From: Clostridia bacterium
GTDB lineage: Bacteria > Bacillota > Clostridia > Oscillospirales > CAG-272
DNA: 64,000 nucleotides
Assembly: GCA_017621475.1 (NCBI GenBank)
Contig: JAGATA010000003.1
Location: forward strand, 76,072-140,071
Direction of reading: 5' to 3'
The position numbers and the translations under genes were made by a program. Below, one piece after another: positions 28,009 through 37,814 of this stretch. The notes beneath the pieces are model-generated. The model searched no databases and was not told where the DNA came from. It was given only the letters and a program-made list of their open reading frames with translations. Each line of letters begins with the position of its first letter. Position 1 is the stretch's first letter.

Positions 28009-29256
28009 ATGGAATTTTCACAGAAAATACTTGATATAGCAAAAAAGGCGGAAACCGATCTTGCAGAGGTTTTCTCACAGATAGATGATATAGCGTATAA
28101 AAACACATCGAAGGTGCTTGACTCTTTCCGCAAGCACAGAATTTCGGAAGCTATGCTTTACGGTTCTACCGGCTACGGCTATGGAGACGCGGGCAGGGAC
28201 GCTCTTGACCTTGTTTACGCAGATGTTTTCGGAGCTGAAGCAGCTTTCGTGCGCCATAATATCGTAAACGGCACACAGGCAATCGCAATAGGTCTTTACG
28301 GCTTGCTTCGCCCCGGCGACGTTATGCTCTCCATCACAGGCAGACCCTATGACACTCTTTCCGACGTTATCGGTGATAAGACAAAAAACGGAGACGGCTC
28401 TCTTTACGATTTCGGAGTGACTTACGATGACGTTGCACTCAAGGACGGCAGACCTGATTACGAAACCATCGCGGAAAAAATAGAAAAATGGGGAGATAAA
28501 CTCAAACTTGTTTATATCCAGCGCTCCAAGGGTTACGAAACACGCCCCACTTTCTCTTCAAAAGAAATAGGAGAGATGATCTCATTTGTAAAAGCACGCA
28601 CGGGTGCTTACGTTGCCGTTGACAACTGCTACGGCGAATTTTGCGATACCGAAGAACCCACGACTTACGGCGCCGATCTTATTATGGGCTCGCTTATCAA
28701 AAATCCCGGTGGCGGTCTTGCGGAGTCCGGCGGTTACATCGCGGGTACGAAGCGCGCGGTAGAGCTTGCTTCTTACCGCCTTACAACGGTTGGTATAGGT
28801 TGTGAAGCCGGCGCGACTGTAGGACAGCTTCGCAATATGTTCAAGGGCTTTTTCTTCGCACCCCACGTTGTGGCGCAGGCTGTGAAAACGGCTGTTTTTG
28901 CGGCATACGTTTATGAGTCTCTTGGATTCGAAGTATTTCCGAGCTGGAGGGAAGCTCGCCATGACATCGTTCAGACGGTGAAATGCGGATCTCCCGAAAA
29001 GCTTATCGCATTTTGCCGCGGAATACAGGCGGCATCCCCCATCGATTCATTCGTTGCTCCCGAACCCTGGGCGATGCCGGGTTATGAGGATGAGGTAATA
29101 ATGGCGGCAGGCGCATTTACCAGCGGTTCTTCCATAGAACTTTCCGCAGACGGTCCTTTGCGTGCGCCTTATACTGCTTACTTCCAGGGCGGTCTTACAT
29201 ACGAAAGCGGCAAATATGCCGTTATGATGTCCGCGGACGAGATGCTCAAAGCTTAA
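28009..29256 (+). CDS. YnbB-like PLP-dependent enzyme (Met_gamma_lyase / aluminium-resistance family)
   Basis: STGYGYGDAGRDALDLVYADVFGAEAAFVRHNIVNGTQAI is characteristic of this family. Confidence 0.75.
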   Translation: MEFSQKILDIAKKAETDLAEVFSQIDDIAYKNTSKVLDSFRKHRISEAMLYGSTGYGYGDAGRDALDLVYADVFGAEAAFVRHNIVNGTQAIAIGLYGLLRPGDVMLSITGRPYDTLSDVIGDKTKNGDGSLYDFGVTYDDVALKDGRPDYETIAEKIEKWGDKLKLVYIQRSKGYETRPTFSSKEIGEMISFVKARTGAYVAVDNCYGEFCDTEEPTTYGADLIMGSLIKNPGGGLAESGGYIAGTKRAVELASYRLTTVGIGCEAGATVGQLRNMFKGFFFAPHVVAQAVKTAVFAAYVYESLGFEVFPSWREARHDIVQTVKCGSPEKLIAFCRGIQAASPIDSFVAPEPWAMPGYEDEVIMAAGAFTSGSSIELSADGPLRAPYTAYFQGGLTYESGKYAVMMSADEMLKA

Positions 29257-29273
29257 AATTGCGAATAATAGCG

Positions 29274-29302
29274 AAAACGCACGATAAATTCGTGCGTTTT
29301 TT
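29274..29302 (+). terminator. Rho-independent terminator
   Basis: aaaacgcacga / tcgtgcgtttt stem, 5-nt loop, T-run. Confidence 0.65.
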
Positions 29303-29319
29303 GCGTTTTTGCCTTCTTT

Positions 29320-29354
29320 TTGCGACAAAAAAATCACGCACGGAAGTTTATAAT
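29320..29354 (+). promoter_or_regulatory. Candidate spoIIG-type promoter (TTGCGA, 23-nt spacer, TATAAT) overlapping a 0A-box-like TGCGACA
   Basis: TTGCGA at 29320-29325 and TATAAT at 29349-29354. TGCGACA is one mismatch from the reverse 0A box TTCGACA. Confidence 0.35.
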
Positions 29355-29385
29355 TTACTCATTGAATGTTTTAGGGGACGGTAAA

Positions 29386-30243
29386 ATGACGGAGTATATA
29401 TACGGCGATATACTTTTTATAATAAATTTCAGTATGGATTTCCTCGCACTTTTTATCTGCGGCAAGATCCTGCATTTCCGTATGAATGTGTGGCGTGTGA
29501 TAGGTGGTGCAAGCCTTGGCGGAGTTTATGGGGTTGCCGCCCTGTTTTTTTCTTTCGGTACTGTAGGAGATATAGCGGCGGATCTTTTTGCCGCTTTTCT
29601 TATGTGCCTTGCGGCGTTTCATAGCGGAAGACTCCGTAAGACCGCAGCGGCGACAGCTATGTTTTATGCGGTGTCTCTTCTTCTGGGCGGAGCTATGACA
29701 GCACTGTATTCTAAGATAGGAAGGTATAAATCATACATAGAGATAGGCGGAAGCATATCTACCGTGTTCGGTGAGATGGATATGTGGGTGTTTGTGATCT
29801 TGGCGGCTGCCTCTGCTTTTCTAACTTACTTTTTGCAAAGAGCGCTTCGCTCGCGTATGTCTGGCAAATTTTGCAGGATACGAGTAACTTTGGACGAAGG
29901 GCAGTATGAGTTTTCTGGATTTTTTGATTCTGGAAACTGCGCAACCGAACCAATATCAGGTAAAGCGGTGATTTTCATTTCCGCGTCTGCGGCACTTGAA
30001 GTGGGGGCGCAAAGCCTTGTCTTCTGCCGCGCCGGAAACATTACGGAAGAAGACGCGGAGAAAGTGAGGTTCGTTCCGCTTAATACCGTTTCGGGATATT
30101 CACTTGCCGTCGCCACAAAGCCGAAAAAGCTTGAAATAATGGTAAAGCACGATTTTGAAGAGCGTGATGCGCTTATCGTTTGCGATGAGCACGCACACGA
30201 TTATTCGGGAGCGCAGTCTCTTGTGCCGCTTTCGCTTCTTTAA
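29386..30243 (+). CDS. spoIIGA: Sigma-E processing peptidase SpoIIGA
   Basis: Five N-terminal TM helices, the GFFDSGN aspartic-protease motif, and position immediately upstream of sigE. Confidence 0.85.
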   Translation: MTEYIYGDILFIINFSMDFLALFICGKILHFRMNVWRVIGGASLGGVYGVAALFFSFGTVGDIAADLFAAFLMCLAAFHSGRLRKTAAATAMFYAVSLLLGGAMTALYSKIGRYKSYIEIGGSISTVFGEMDMWVFVILAAASAFLTYFLQRALRSRMSGKFCRIRVTLDEGQYEFSGFFDSGNCATEPISGKAVIFISASAALEVGAQSLVFCRAGNITEEDAEKVRFVPLNTVSGYSLAVATKPKKLEIMVKHDFEERDALIVCDEHAHDYSGAQSLVPLSLL

Positions 30244-30257
30244 AAAGGGGGATAACG

Positions 30258-30965
30258 ATGATTTTTTTGAAAATTAAAATGATGTTCTTTTCGCTTCTTG
30301 AACGGCTCGGTCTTATAAAGGGCGTACATTACATAAGCACAACGGAAAGTTTGCCGCCGCCCATGAGCGCAGAAGAAGAAAATGATACCATAGCTCATTT
30401 GGAAGAAGATCCCGCACTTCGCAAGATACTTGTGGAAAGAAACCTTCGCCTTGTGGTCTATATTGCAAAAAAGTTCGAGAATACGGGAATAAATATAGAA
30501 GATCTTATCTCTATCGGAACTATAGGCCTTATAAAAGCCGCAAATACTTTTCGCGCAGATAAGAATATCAAACTTGCAACGTATGCTTCACGATGCATAG
30601 AGAACGAGATCCTTATGTATATAAGGAAGACGAATGGGGAGCGTCGCGAGCTTTCTTTCGATGAACCCCTGAATGTGGATAGGGACGGAAACGAGCTACT
30701 GCTTTCCGATATTTTGGGAAGCGATGGTGATACTGTAAGCGCCGATATAGAAAGTGCAGAGGAGAAAAAGATAATAGCACAGGCTGTTCGTTCTCTTTCT
30801 CCGAGAGAGCGTGAGATAATAGAACTGCGTTTCGGGCTTTGCGGAAGGCGCGAACTTACGCAAAAAGAAACTGCAAAAGCGCTTGGAATATCGCAGTCTT
30901 ACATATCTCGCCTTGAGAAAAAGATAATAGAAAGACTCAAAAAAGAAATTTCGGGAAAAATCTAA
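30258..30965 (+). CDS. sigE: Sporulation sigma factor E (pro-sigma-E)
   Basis: The pro-sequence plus [11 protein letters not shown] resembles B. subtilis EALPPPLSKDEE. Regions 2-4 are conserved ([20 protein letters not shown]). Confidence 0.9.
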   Translation: MIFLKIKMMFFSLLERLGLIKGVHYISTTESLPPPMSAEEENDTIAHLEEDPALRKILVERNLRLVVYIAKKFENTGINIEDLISIGTIGLIKAANTFRADKNIKLATYASRCIENEILMYIRKTNGERRELSFDEPLNVDRDGNELLLSDILGSDGDTVSADIESAEEKKIIAQAVRSLSPREREIIELRFGLCGRRELTQKETAKALGISQSYISRLEKKIIERLKKEISGKI

Positions 30966-31004
30966 AAAAAATCTTTAATAAGGTGAAAAAAATTCAAAAA
31001 AGAC

Positions 31005-31032
31005 TTGCAAAAATAAAAAAGTGTGATATAAT
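31005..31032 (+). promoter_or_regulatory. Sigma-A promoter of rpmE
   Basis: TTGCAA-16 nt-TATAAT with a TGn extended -10. Confidence 0.6.
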
Positions 31033-31070
31033 ATAGCATACGTGAATATGTTTAAGTGAGGTGCTAAACA

Positions 31071-31274
31071 ATGAAAGAAGGAATCCATCCTAACTACGTT
31101 GACGCGAAAATTGTTTGCGCGTGCGGCGAAGTTATAAATACAAAATCGACAAAAGGTGACTTCCACGTCGAAGTTTGTTCCAAGTGTCATCCGTTCTTCA
31201 CCGGCAAGCAGAAATTCGTTGACGCCGGCGGACGTGTTGATAAGTTCAAAAAACGTCTTGAAAGCAAAAGATAA
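31071..31274 (+). CDS. rpmE: 50S ribosomal protein L31 (Zn-ribbon type A)
   Basis: MKEGIHPNY.., CxC..CxxCHPFFTG. Confidence 0.95.
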   Translation: MKEGIHPNYVDAKIVCACGEVINTKSTKGDFHVEVCSKCHPFFTGKQKFVDAGGRVDKFKKRLESKR

Positions 31275-31293
31275 TTTTGGCTTAATTTTTTGT

Positions 31294-31339
31294 GAGCGTG
31301 AGAAACGGAGAATATTCGTTCCTCGCGCTCTTTCTCTTT
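31294..31339 (+). terminator. Rho-independent terminator
   Basis: 14-bp stem gagcgtgagaaacg / cgttcctcgcgctc (one wobble, one mismatch), followed by tttctcttt. Confidence 0.55.
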
Positions 31340-31402
31340 GCGTGCAAATAAAACCGTTTTAATGTAAATAATAAATACGATTTTTACGAAAGGTTTTTTG
31401 AT

Positions 31403-32674
31403 ATGACGGAAGAAAAGATTTTGGAAAAAGATAAAGATACAAGAGCTGTGCTCGTATCCGTTATCCCCAAGGGCGCGGACGAGCGTGAATATGAAGTATC
31501 CTTTGATGAGCTTGCGCGCCTTGCCGATACGGCAGAGGCACAGGTCGTTGCGCGCTTAACGCAACAGAAGGAAAACCCAGATGTAAGAACCTACATCGGA
31601 AAGGGCAAGTTAGAGGAGCTTTCCCGACTTTGCGAAAATAATGATATAGACCTAGTTATTTTTGATGACGAGCTTTCCCCTTCGCAAATAAGAAACGTGG
31701 AGGATGACCTCGGCGGTAACGTGCGCGTTATCGACCGCAGTATGCTCATACTCGATATTTTTGCTCTTCACGCAGTAACGGGAGAGGGAAAAACTCAGGT
31801 AGAGCTTGCACAGCTCAAATATACTGTACCGCGTCTTACGGGCAAGGGTACGGAGCTTTCGCGTCTTGGCGGCGGCGTCGGAACGCGCGGTCCCGGTGAA
31901 AGTAAGCTTGAAACGGACAAGCGCCATATCAAGCGCAGAATAGCGGCTCTTGAAGAAGATATAAAAGAAATGGAAAAGAACCGCGCAACACAGCGCCTTC
32001 AGCGCGACCGCACGGGTATTTTCAAAATAGCTATTGCAGGTTACACCAATGCGGGTAAATCCACGCTTCTCAACTATCTGACGGGCGCGGGAATTTTGGC
32101 AGAGGATAAGCTTTTTGCAACTCTCGACCCCACAACGCGCAAATTTACACTTCCCGGAGGAGAAGATGTACTCCTTACCGACACGGTCGGTTTTATACGC
32201 AGACTTCCACACCAGCTTGTAAATGCTTTTCGCTCCACTCTGGACGAAGTCAAGTATGCAAACGCGCTTCTTGTTGTGATAGACTCCTCCGACCCGGAAG
32301 CGGATTCGCAGGGCGAGGTGAGCGCAAAGCTTATTTCGGAGCTTGGCGCGGCTGATAAGCCAATTCTGTTTGTTTACAACAAATGCGATAAGGCAGAGGG
32401 ATTTATCCCGAGAACACCCACGGCACAGAGCTTTGTTGTTTCCTCGAAAACGGGAGAGGGGATAGATGCTCTCGTTGCGAAAATAGAGGAGCTTTCCCAC
32501 GAGAGAGCCAAGGAATATGTTTTTGAGATTCCCGCAAGCGATATGGGCGTTATAAGCAGACTTTATAACAATACAACTGTAAAGGATGTTGAATATACAG
32601 AGAACGGTGCGGTCGTTCGCGCTGTGGCAGATACGAAAAATGCGGGCATTTACGCTAAATATATAAAGCAGTAA
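31403..32674 (+). CDS. hflX: GTPase HflX
   Basis: QVELAQLKY..P, GPGE.KLE..RR and the GYTNAGKSTLLN G1 motif. Confidence 0.9.
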   Translation: MTEEKILEKDKDTRAVLVSVIPKGADEREYEVSFDELARLADTAEAQVVARLTQQKENPDVRTYIGKGKLEELSRLCENNDIDLVIFDDELSPSQIRNVEDDLGGNVRVIDRSMLILDIFALHAVTGEGKTQVELAQLKYTVPRLTGKGTELSRLGGGVGTRGPGESKLETDKRHIKRRIAALEEDIKEMEKNRATQRLQRDRTGIFKIAIAGYTNAGKSTLLNYLTGAGILAEDKLFATLDPTTRKFTLPGGEDVLLTDTVGFIRRLPHQLVNAFRSTLDEVKYANALLVVIDSSDPEADSQGEVSAKLISELGAADKPILFVYNKCDKAEGFIPRTPTAQSFVVSSKTGEGIDALVAKIEELSHERAKEYVFEIPASDMGVISRLYNNTTVKDVEYTENGAVVRAVADTKNAGIYAKYIKQ

Positions 32675-32685
32675 GAGGGTGCGCC

Positions 32686-33309
32686 GTGGAAAGATACAGA
32701 ACAATAAAAAAAGCGGGTCACGCCGAGCTTACGGAGAAAAAATCCGTTTTTATCGGCGATGCCGCACACATTGAAAGCGAAGAAGAAGCGCGCGCTTTTA
32801 TAGAAGAAAAGCGCCGCGCTTACCGCGATGCACGCCATATAGTTTTTGCTTACGTTGTGGGTAATACTATGCGCTACAGTGACGATGGCGAGCCCCAGGG
32901 AACGGGAGGTCCGCCCGTTCTGGACGTTATAAAAAAGAACGGGCTTACGGGCGTTGTTATAACAGTTGTGCGTATTTTCGGCGGTATCCTTCTCGGTGCG
33001 GGCGGTCTTACGCGCGCATATTCGGGAAGTGCCGCAGAGGCTGTTGCAAACGCACATTGCACTTTTTTTGAAGAATATACGGAATACGAGCTGGAAATAG
33101 AATATTACGAATATCAAAAGCTTCTTTATGAAATAACAACGGCGGGCGGAGAGATAACTTTATCTGATTTTGGAAGCGGCGTGAGCCTTTGCTTTGCCTC
33201 TCCTACAAGGATTTCGGAGCGAATTTGCAAAAAAGTTGTTGCCGCGACCAACGGAAAACGCATCCCAAAGCTCAAAAGAACATATTATGACGAAGAAAAA
33301 ATAAAATAA
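32686..33309 (+). CDS. yigZ: YigZ / IMPACT family protein
   Basis: GTG start after agaggg. KKSVFIG..A.H..FAY..SDDGEPQGTGGPP..VVRIFGGILLGAGGLTRAY. Confidence 0.8.
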   Translation: MERYRTIKKAGHAELTEKKSVFIGDAAHIESEEEARAFIEEKRRAYRDARHIVFAYVVGNTMRYSDDGEPQGTGGPPVLDVIKKNGLTGVVITVVRIFGGILLGAGGLTRAYSGSAAEAVANAHCTFFEEYTEYELEIEYYEYQKLLYEITTAGGEITLSDFGSGVSLCFASPTRISERICKKVVAATNGKRIPKLKRTYYDEEKIK

Positions 33310-33403
33310 AGTCAAATTTTTTCGAAAAATTTTTATTTTAAAAAAGGTTTTTTTGAAAAAACTTCGTATATTATAACTATATATCGAAAAGGAGCTTCGG
33401 ACT

Positions 33404-34405
33404 ATGACTATTGCCAGGATGATGAACGAACGTGAAAAACGAAACCTCTCTCCTTTTGCCTGCCTTTCTTCGCAAACAAAGGGAAGGGAGCATTACATTG
33501 AACCATGTACGCTTCGTACGGAGTTTCAGCGCGACCGCGACCGTATCACCCATTGCAAATCATTCCGAAGACTTATGCATAAAACACAGGTCTTTCTGTG
33601 TCCCGAAGACGACCATTACAGAACAAGACTTACTCATACGCTCGAAGTAACGCAGATAGCAAGGACCATTGCGCGTGCGCTGTTTCTTAATGAAGACCTT
33701 GCAGAGGCCGTTGCTCTTGGGCACGACCTTGGCCACACTCCGTTTGGGCACGCGGGCGAAAGCGTTCTTCAGGAGTGCTTTTCTCCGGATTTTACGCATT
33801 ACAAGCAAAGCTTGCGCGTTGTGGAAAAGCTGGAAAACGACGGCGCGGGGCTAAACCTTACATATGAAGTGCGTGATGGAATAGTCAACCATACGGGAGA
33901 TCATCTTGCTTCAACTCTTGAAGGACGTATATGCAAATTCGCCGATAGAATAGCTTATATCAACCACGATATCGACGATGCTGTGCGTGCAAAGGTTCTT
34001 AAATACGAGGATATACCGAAAGAGCTTATGGATATTCTCGGAACGACCCATTCCGCAAGGATCAACACTATGGTCACAAGCGTTATAGAGTACAGTACCG
34101 GCAAGAATGAGATCTCTATGCAAAGCGATATATACGAAGCTACAATGGCTCTTCGCCGTTTCCTTAACGACAACGTTTATTATAATCCCGTTGCCAAGCA
34201 TGAGGAAACGCGCGCAAAGGACCTTTTGCGAAAGCTTTACGAATATTTTGTAAAGCACCCCGAAGAAATGCCGCCGGAATATCTTATCGATGAAAGTGAA
34301 AGTATCGAACGGCGCGTTTGCGATTACATTTCGGGAATGACAGACAGATATGCCATAAATCTTTTCGAGGAACTCTTCGTTCCGAAGGTATGGAATGTCA
34401 ACTGA
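33404..34405 (+). CDS. dGTPase-like HD-domain triphosphohydrolase
   Basis: FQRDRDRITHCKSFRRL, RLTHTLEV and HDLGHTPFGH. Confidence 0.85.
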   Translation: MTIARMMNEREKRNLSPFACLSSQTKGREHYIEPCTLRTEFQRDRDRITHCKSFRRLMHKTQVFLCPEDDHYRTRLTHTLEVTQIARTIARALFLNEDLAEAVALGHDLGHTPFGHAGESVLQECFSPDFTHYKQSLRVVEKLENDGAGLNLTYEVRDGIVNHTGDHLASTLEGRICKFADRIAYINHDIDDAVRAKVLKYEDIPKELMDILGTTHSARINTMVTSVIEYSTGKNEISMQSDIYEATMALRRFLNDNVYYNPVAKHEETRAKDLLRKLYEYFVKHPEEMPPEYLIDESESIERRVCDYISGMTDRYAINLFEELFVPKVWNVN

Positions 34406-34451
34406 GATCAAATTATAATTTATATATAATATTAAGGAGGAACGTCTTGTT

Positions 34452-36203
34452 TTGAAGATATCTCAAGGCTTTGTTGAAGAACTGAAATACAGGAACAAGA
34501 TCGACGACGTTATCTCCTCCTATGTGAATCTTAAAAGGGCAGGGTCGAACAAAGTCGGCCTTTGCCCGTTTCATTCGGAAAGAACGCCGTCGTTTACGGT
34601 CTTTACGAATACGGAGACTTTTAAATGCTTCGGCTGCGGCGCAGGCGGCGACGTTATCACATTTATTATGCGCGCAGAAAACCTGGAATATATCTCTGCA
34701 GTGGAATTTCTTGCAAAACGCGCAGGGCTTGAAATGCCGGATGATTCTGAGCATAAAAGCGAAATGGTAAAACGCTCCCGTATGTTCGATATGAACAGGG
34801 AAGCGGCACGCTTTTTCAACAAAATGTTATACGACCCGTGTGCGCGCCAAGCGCAGGAGTATATTACCAAGCGAAGGCTTTCGGCTTCTGCCGTTAAAAG
34901 ATTTGGTTTGGGCTTTGCTCCCAAAAGCTTCGATGCGCTAAGGAAGCATATGCATTCGCTCGGTTACCGTGACGACGAACTTCGCGAAGCATTCCTTTGC
35001 GGCAAGAGCGAGAGAACGGGAAACTATTTTGACTATTTTCGCGGAAGACTCATCTTCCCGATAATAGATAATTTCGGAAATGTTATCGCGTTTGGCGGCA
35101 GAGCCACGGACGACGAGAGCAAACCGAAATACCTCAATACCTCGGACACGCCCGTTTTCAAAAAGAGCAGGAATCTTTTTGCACTTAACTTCGCAAGGAG
35201 CGCGTGCGAGGAATATCTTATCCTTTGTGAAGGATATATGGACGTCATCGCCGTTAATATTGCGGGATTCCCAAACGCTGTGGCAACGCTTGGCACGGCG
35301 CTTACGTCGGAACAAGCGCGTATTATGGCGAAATATACAAAAAAAGTTGTTATCGCTTATGATAGCGACGATGCGGGTCAGGCGGCGGCAAAGCGCGCCA
35401 TTCCGCTTCTTACGGAGGCCGGGCTTGAAGTTTCGGTGCTGAAGATGCATGATGCAAAAGACCCGGATGAGTATATTAAAAAATTCGGCGCGGCAAAGTT
35501 CCGCGAGCTTATAGAGGGTAGCCGCGGAAAATTCGATTTCCTTTGCGACGGGGTGCTGAAGAAGCACGATATAAACGTTCCCGATGAAAAGGTCAAGGCG
35601 GCGCACGAAATATGCGAGCTTATCGCGGCGATACATTCAAGCGTGGAGCGAAGCGTTTACATTGCAAAATCCGCAGAAAGGCTTTCTCTTGATGAAAAGA
35701 GCCTGCGTTCCGACGTTGAGCGAATACGGAGGAAGCTCGGACGCGAGGAAGATAGCAAGCAGATGCGAAAGATAATATCCGATGCATCGGGCTACGGCGA
35801 CAGAGTTAACCGCGAGGCTGTGGGAAATACGAAAGCCGCAAGAGCCGAGGAGACGATCATCGGTCTTATAATGCTGCGCCCGGAACTTCTTATGAAGATA
35901 AAAAAAGGCGAATATGAGCTTTGTGCGGACGATTTTAAAACTTCGTTTGGCAGAAAAGTGTTCGAGGCTGTTGAAGCTTGCGAGGATAAGGTTGATATAG
36001 GCGTACTTGGCGCACAGTTTTCCGTTGACGAGATAGCTCGTATTACGGATATGCAGCGAAAACGCGCGGACCTTGCGAAAAATGACGAAACCGTGCTACT
36101 TGACAGCATAAGAGCGCTCAAAGAAGAAAAAAACAACGCAGCAAGCGGGGATGAACTTGCAGATGCGTTGAAAATTATACAAGCAAAGAAAAAGAAGCAG
36201 TAA
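34452..36203 (+). CDS. dnaG: DNA primase
   Basis: TTG start after aaggagg. Zinc-finger CPFHSERTPSF..CFGCG, then a TOPRIM EGYMDV..YDSDDAG motif. Confidence 0.9.
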   Translation: MKISQGFVEELKYRNKIDDVISSYVNLKRAGSNKVGLCPFHSERTPSFTVFTNTETFKCFGCGAGGDVITFIMRAENLEYISAVEFLAKRAGLEMPDDSEHKSEMVKRSRMFDMNREAARFFNKMLYDPCARQAQEYITKRRLSASAVKRFGLGFAPKSFDALRKHMHSLGYRDDELREAFLCGKSERTGNYFDYFRGRLIFPIIDNFGNVIAFGGRATDDESKPKYLNTSDTPVFKKSRNLFALNFARSACEEYLILCEGYMDVIAVNIAGFPNAVATLGTALTSEQARIMAKYTKKVVIAYDSDDAGQAAAKRAIPLLTEAGLEVSVLKMHDAKDPDEYIKKFGAAKFRELIEGSRGKFDFLCDGVLKKHDINVPDEKVKAAHEICELIAAIHSSVERSVYIAKSAERLSLDEKSLRSDVERIRRKLGREEDSKQMRKIISDASGYGDRVNREAVGNTKAARAEETIIGLIMLRPELLMKIKKGEYELCADDFKTSFGRKVFEAVEACEDKVDIGVLGAQFSVDEIARITDMQRKRADLAKNDETVLLDSIRALKEEKNNAASGDELADALKIIQAKKKKQ

Positions 36204-36227
36204 TAAAAACTGTGGGAGGATACAAAA

Positions 36228-37505
36228 ATGGAAGAAAACAAAGATTTGATTGAAGATGTGGAAGGTGCAGCTCCTGCCAAAAAGCCGAGAGCAAAAAAGA
36301 GCACGTCTGCTTCTTCCGGTGAAAAGAGAGTGAAAAAAGAAAAAGAGATAAACATTGACGATTATCTCGGTCACAACACTCCTCAAAAGCCCAAGGAAGA
36401 TGTGCTTGCTGACGAAAAGCCTGTGAACATCCAAGATCTTATTGATAAAGCGAAAGCTAAAGGCACGCTTTCCAACAGTGAGATCATGCAGGCGCTTGGC
36501 AACAGTGATTACGATATTGATCAGATCGATAAGCTCTACGAAGCGCTCGAAGGTCTTGGTATCGACGTTACGGAATACTTCAATGATGAAGACAAATATG
36601 ACGAAGATATCGAAAATGATCTTGAAAATTATGAAAGCGCGGAGGATATGGAACAGCTCCTCGCGCAGAAGGGTCTTGCTATAGATGACCCTGTTAAGAT
36701 GTACCTTAAAGAAATAGGTAAGGTTCCGCTTCTTACACCCGAACGTGAGGCAGAGCTTTCCAAGCTTATGTCCGAAGGCAATGAAAAGGCAAAGAAAGAA
36801 CTTGTTGAAGCTAACCTTCGCCTTGTTGTAAGCATTGCGAAACGTTATGTAGGCAAGGGTCTTTTCTTCCTTGATCTTATCCAGGAAGGTAACCTCGGTC
36901 TTATGAAGGCTGTTTCCAAATTTGACTATACAAAAGGTTATAAATTCTCCACATATGCAACTTGGTGGATAAGACAGGCAATAACAAGAGCTATTGCGGA
37001 TCAGGCAAGAACGATTCGTATACCCGTTCATATGGTAGAGACAATTCATAAAGTAACAAAGGTACAGCGTCAGATGCTTCAGGAATGCGGACGCGATGTT
37101 TCTGCGGATGAGATAGCGAAAGAAATGAATATGAGCTCCGAAAAGGTTCGCGAGATCATTAAGATCGCACAGGACCCCATTTCCCTTGAAACTCCTGTCG
37201 GTGAAGAAGAAGATAGCCACATAGGTGACTTTATCGAAGATGATACATCTCCCGCACCCGCCGATGCTGCTTCCTACACTCTCCTTCGCGAACAGCTTGA
37301 AGAGGTTTTGCACACACTCACCCCCAGAGAAGAACAGGTGCTCAAGCTTCGTTTTGGTCTTGAAGACGGACGCACGCGTACTCTTGAGGAGGTTGGACAG
37401 CAGTTTAACATCACAAGAGAACGTATTCGCCAGATAGAGGCGAAGGCTCTTCGTAAACTCCGCCACCCCAGCCGTTCCAAAAAACTTAAAGATTATCTCG
37501 ATTGA
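36228..37505 (+). CDS. rpoD: Primary sigma factor (SigA/RpoD)
   Basis: Acidic region 1, then [40 protein letters not shown] and [17 protein letters not shown]. Confidence 0.95.
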   Translation: MEENKDLIEDVEGAAPAKKPRAKKSTSASSGEKRVKKEKEINIDDYLGHNTPQKPKEDVLADEKPVNIQDLIDKAKAKGTLSNSEIMQALGNSDYDIDQIDKLYEALEGLGIDVTEYFNDEDKYDEDIENDLENYESAEDMEQLLAQKGLAIDDPVKMYLKEIGKVPLLTPEREAELSKLMSEGNEKAKKELVEANLRLVVSIAKRYVGKGLFFLDLIQEGNLGLMKAVSKFDYTKGYKFSTYATWWIRQAITRAIADQARTIRIPVHMVETIHKVTKVQRQMLQECGRDVSADEIAKEMNMSSEKVREIIKIAQDPISLETPVGEEEDSHIGDFIEDDTSPAPADAASYTLLREQLEEVLHTLTPREEQVLKLRFGLEDGRTRTLEEVGQQFNITRERIRQIEAKALRKLRHPSRSKKLKDYLD

Positions 37506-37684
37506 TTAAAAATATTTAAAATGTACAATTTATTTCACATTTGTTGTGAGAAATCCACATAGCTTTGTAATTAAGGTAGAAAAACGCGAAACAACTTTGT
37601 TAAATGTGACGAAATAAGCCCCAAAAAACTGAAAAAAATGCTTCAAAAGTGCCTGTTTGGGACTTTTGTGTAAGAAAAAAGACC

Positions 37685-37713
37685 TTGACACAAAAGCGCT
37701 TTTGTTGTAAAAT
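37685..37713 (+). promoter_or_regulatory. Sigma-A promoter of the giant lipoprotein gene
   Basis: TTGACA-17 nt-TAAAAT, ~100 nt upstream of the ATG. Confidence 0.6.
37690..37705. promoter_or_regulatory. Perfect 16-bp palindrome ACAAAAGCGCTTTTGT (putative operator) filling the promoter spacer
   Basis: Self-complementary by inspection. The 14-bp core CAAAAGCGCTTTTG recurs exactly at 48403..48416. Confidence 0.5.
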
Positions 37714-37763
37714 AAAATTGTTGCATAATACCATATATATAGTAGAAATATATATAAAAAGCT

Positions 37764-37798
37764 CTTGCACAGGAGCATAAATTGTGCAAGATTTTTAT
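37764..37798 (+). promoter_or_regulatory. Leader hairpin plus U-run just upstream of the RBS (possible attenuator)
   Basis: cttgcaca / tgtgcaag 8-bp stem, 11-nt loop, then atttttat. The RBS ggaggg follows at 37800. Confidence 0.3.
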
Positions 37799-37814
37799 CG
37801 GAGGGAGTCCAAAA

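Noticed and set aside
30874-30884. 11-nt partial copy (CAAAAGCGCTT) of the operator palindrome
   Set aside because: It lies inside the sigE coding region (codons for TAKALG) and loses the second half-site, so it is most likely coincidental.
33318-33329. 12-bp palindrome TTTTTCGAAAAA downstream of yigZ
   Set aside because: Apart from the central CG it is all A/T, in an AT-rich spacer. It is expected by chance and too weak to be a terminator or a confident operator.
36096-37466. 456-aa ORF on the minus strand
   Set aside because: It is the codon-aligned antisense shadow of rpoD.
37644-37668. Hairpin CAAAAGT-N11-ACTTTTG as the rpoD terminator
   Set aside because: It has only a 7-bp AU-rich stem and no U-run. 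I kept it only as a possible split copy of the operator half-sites.
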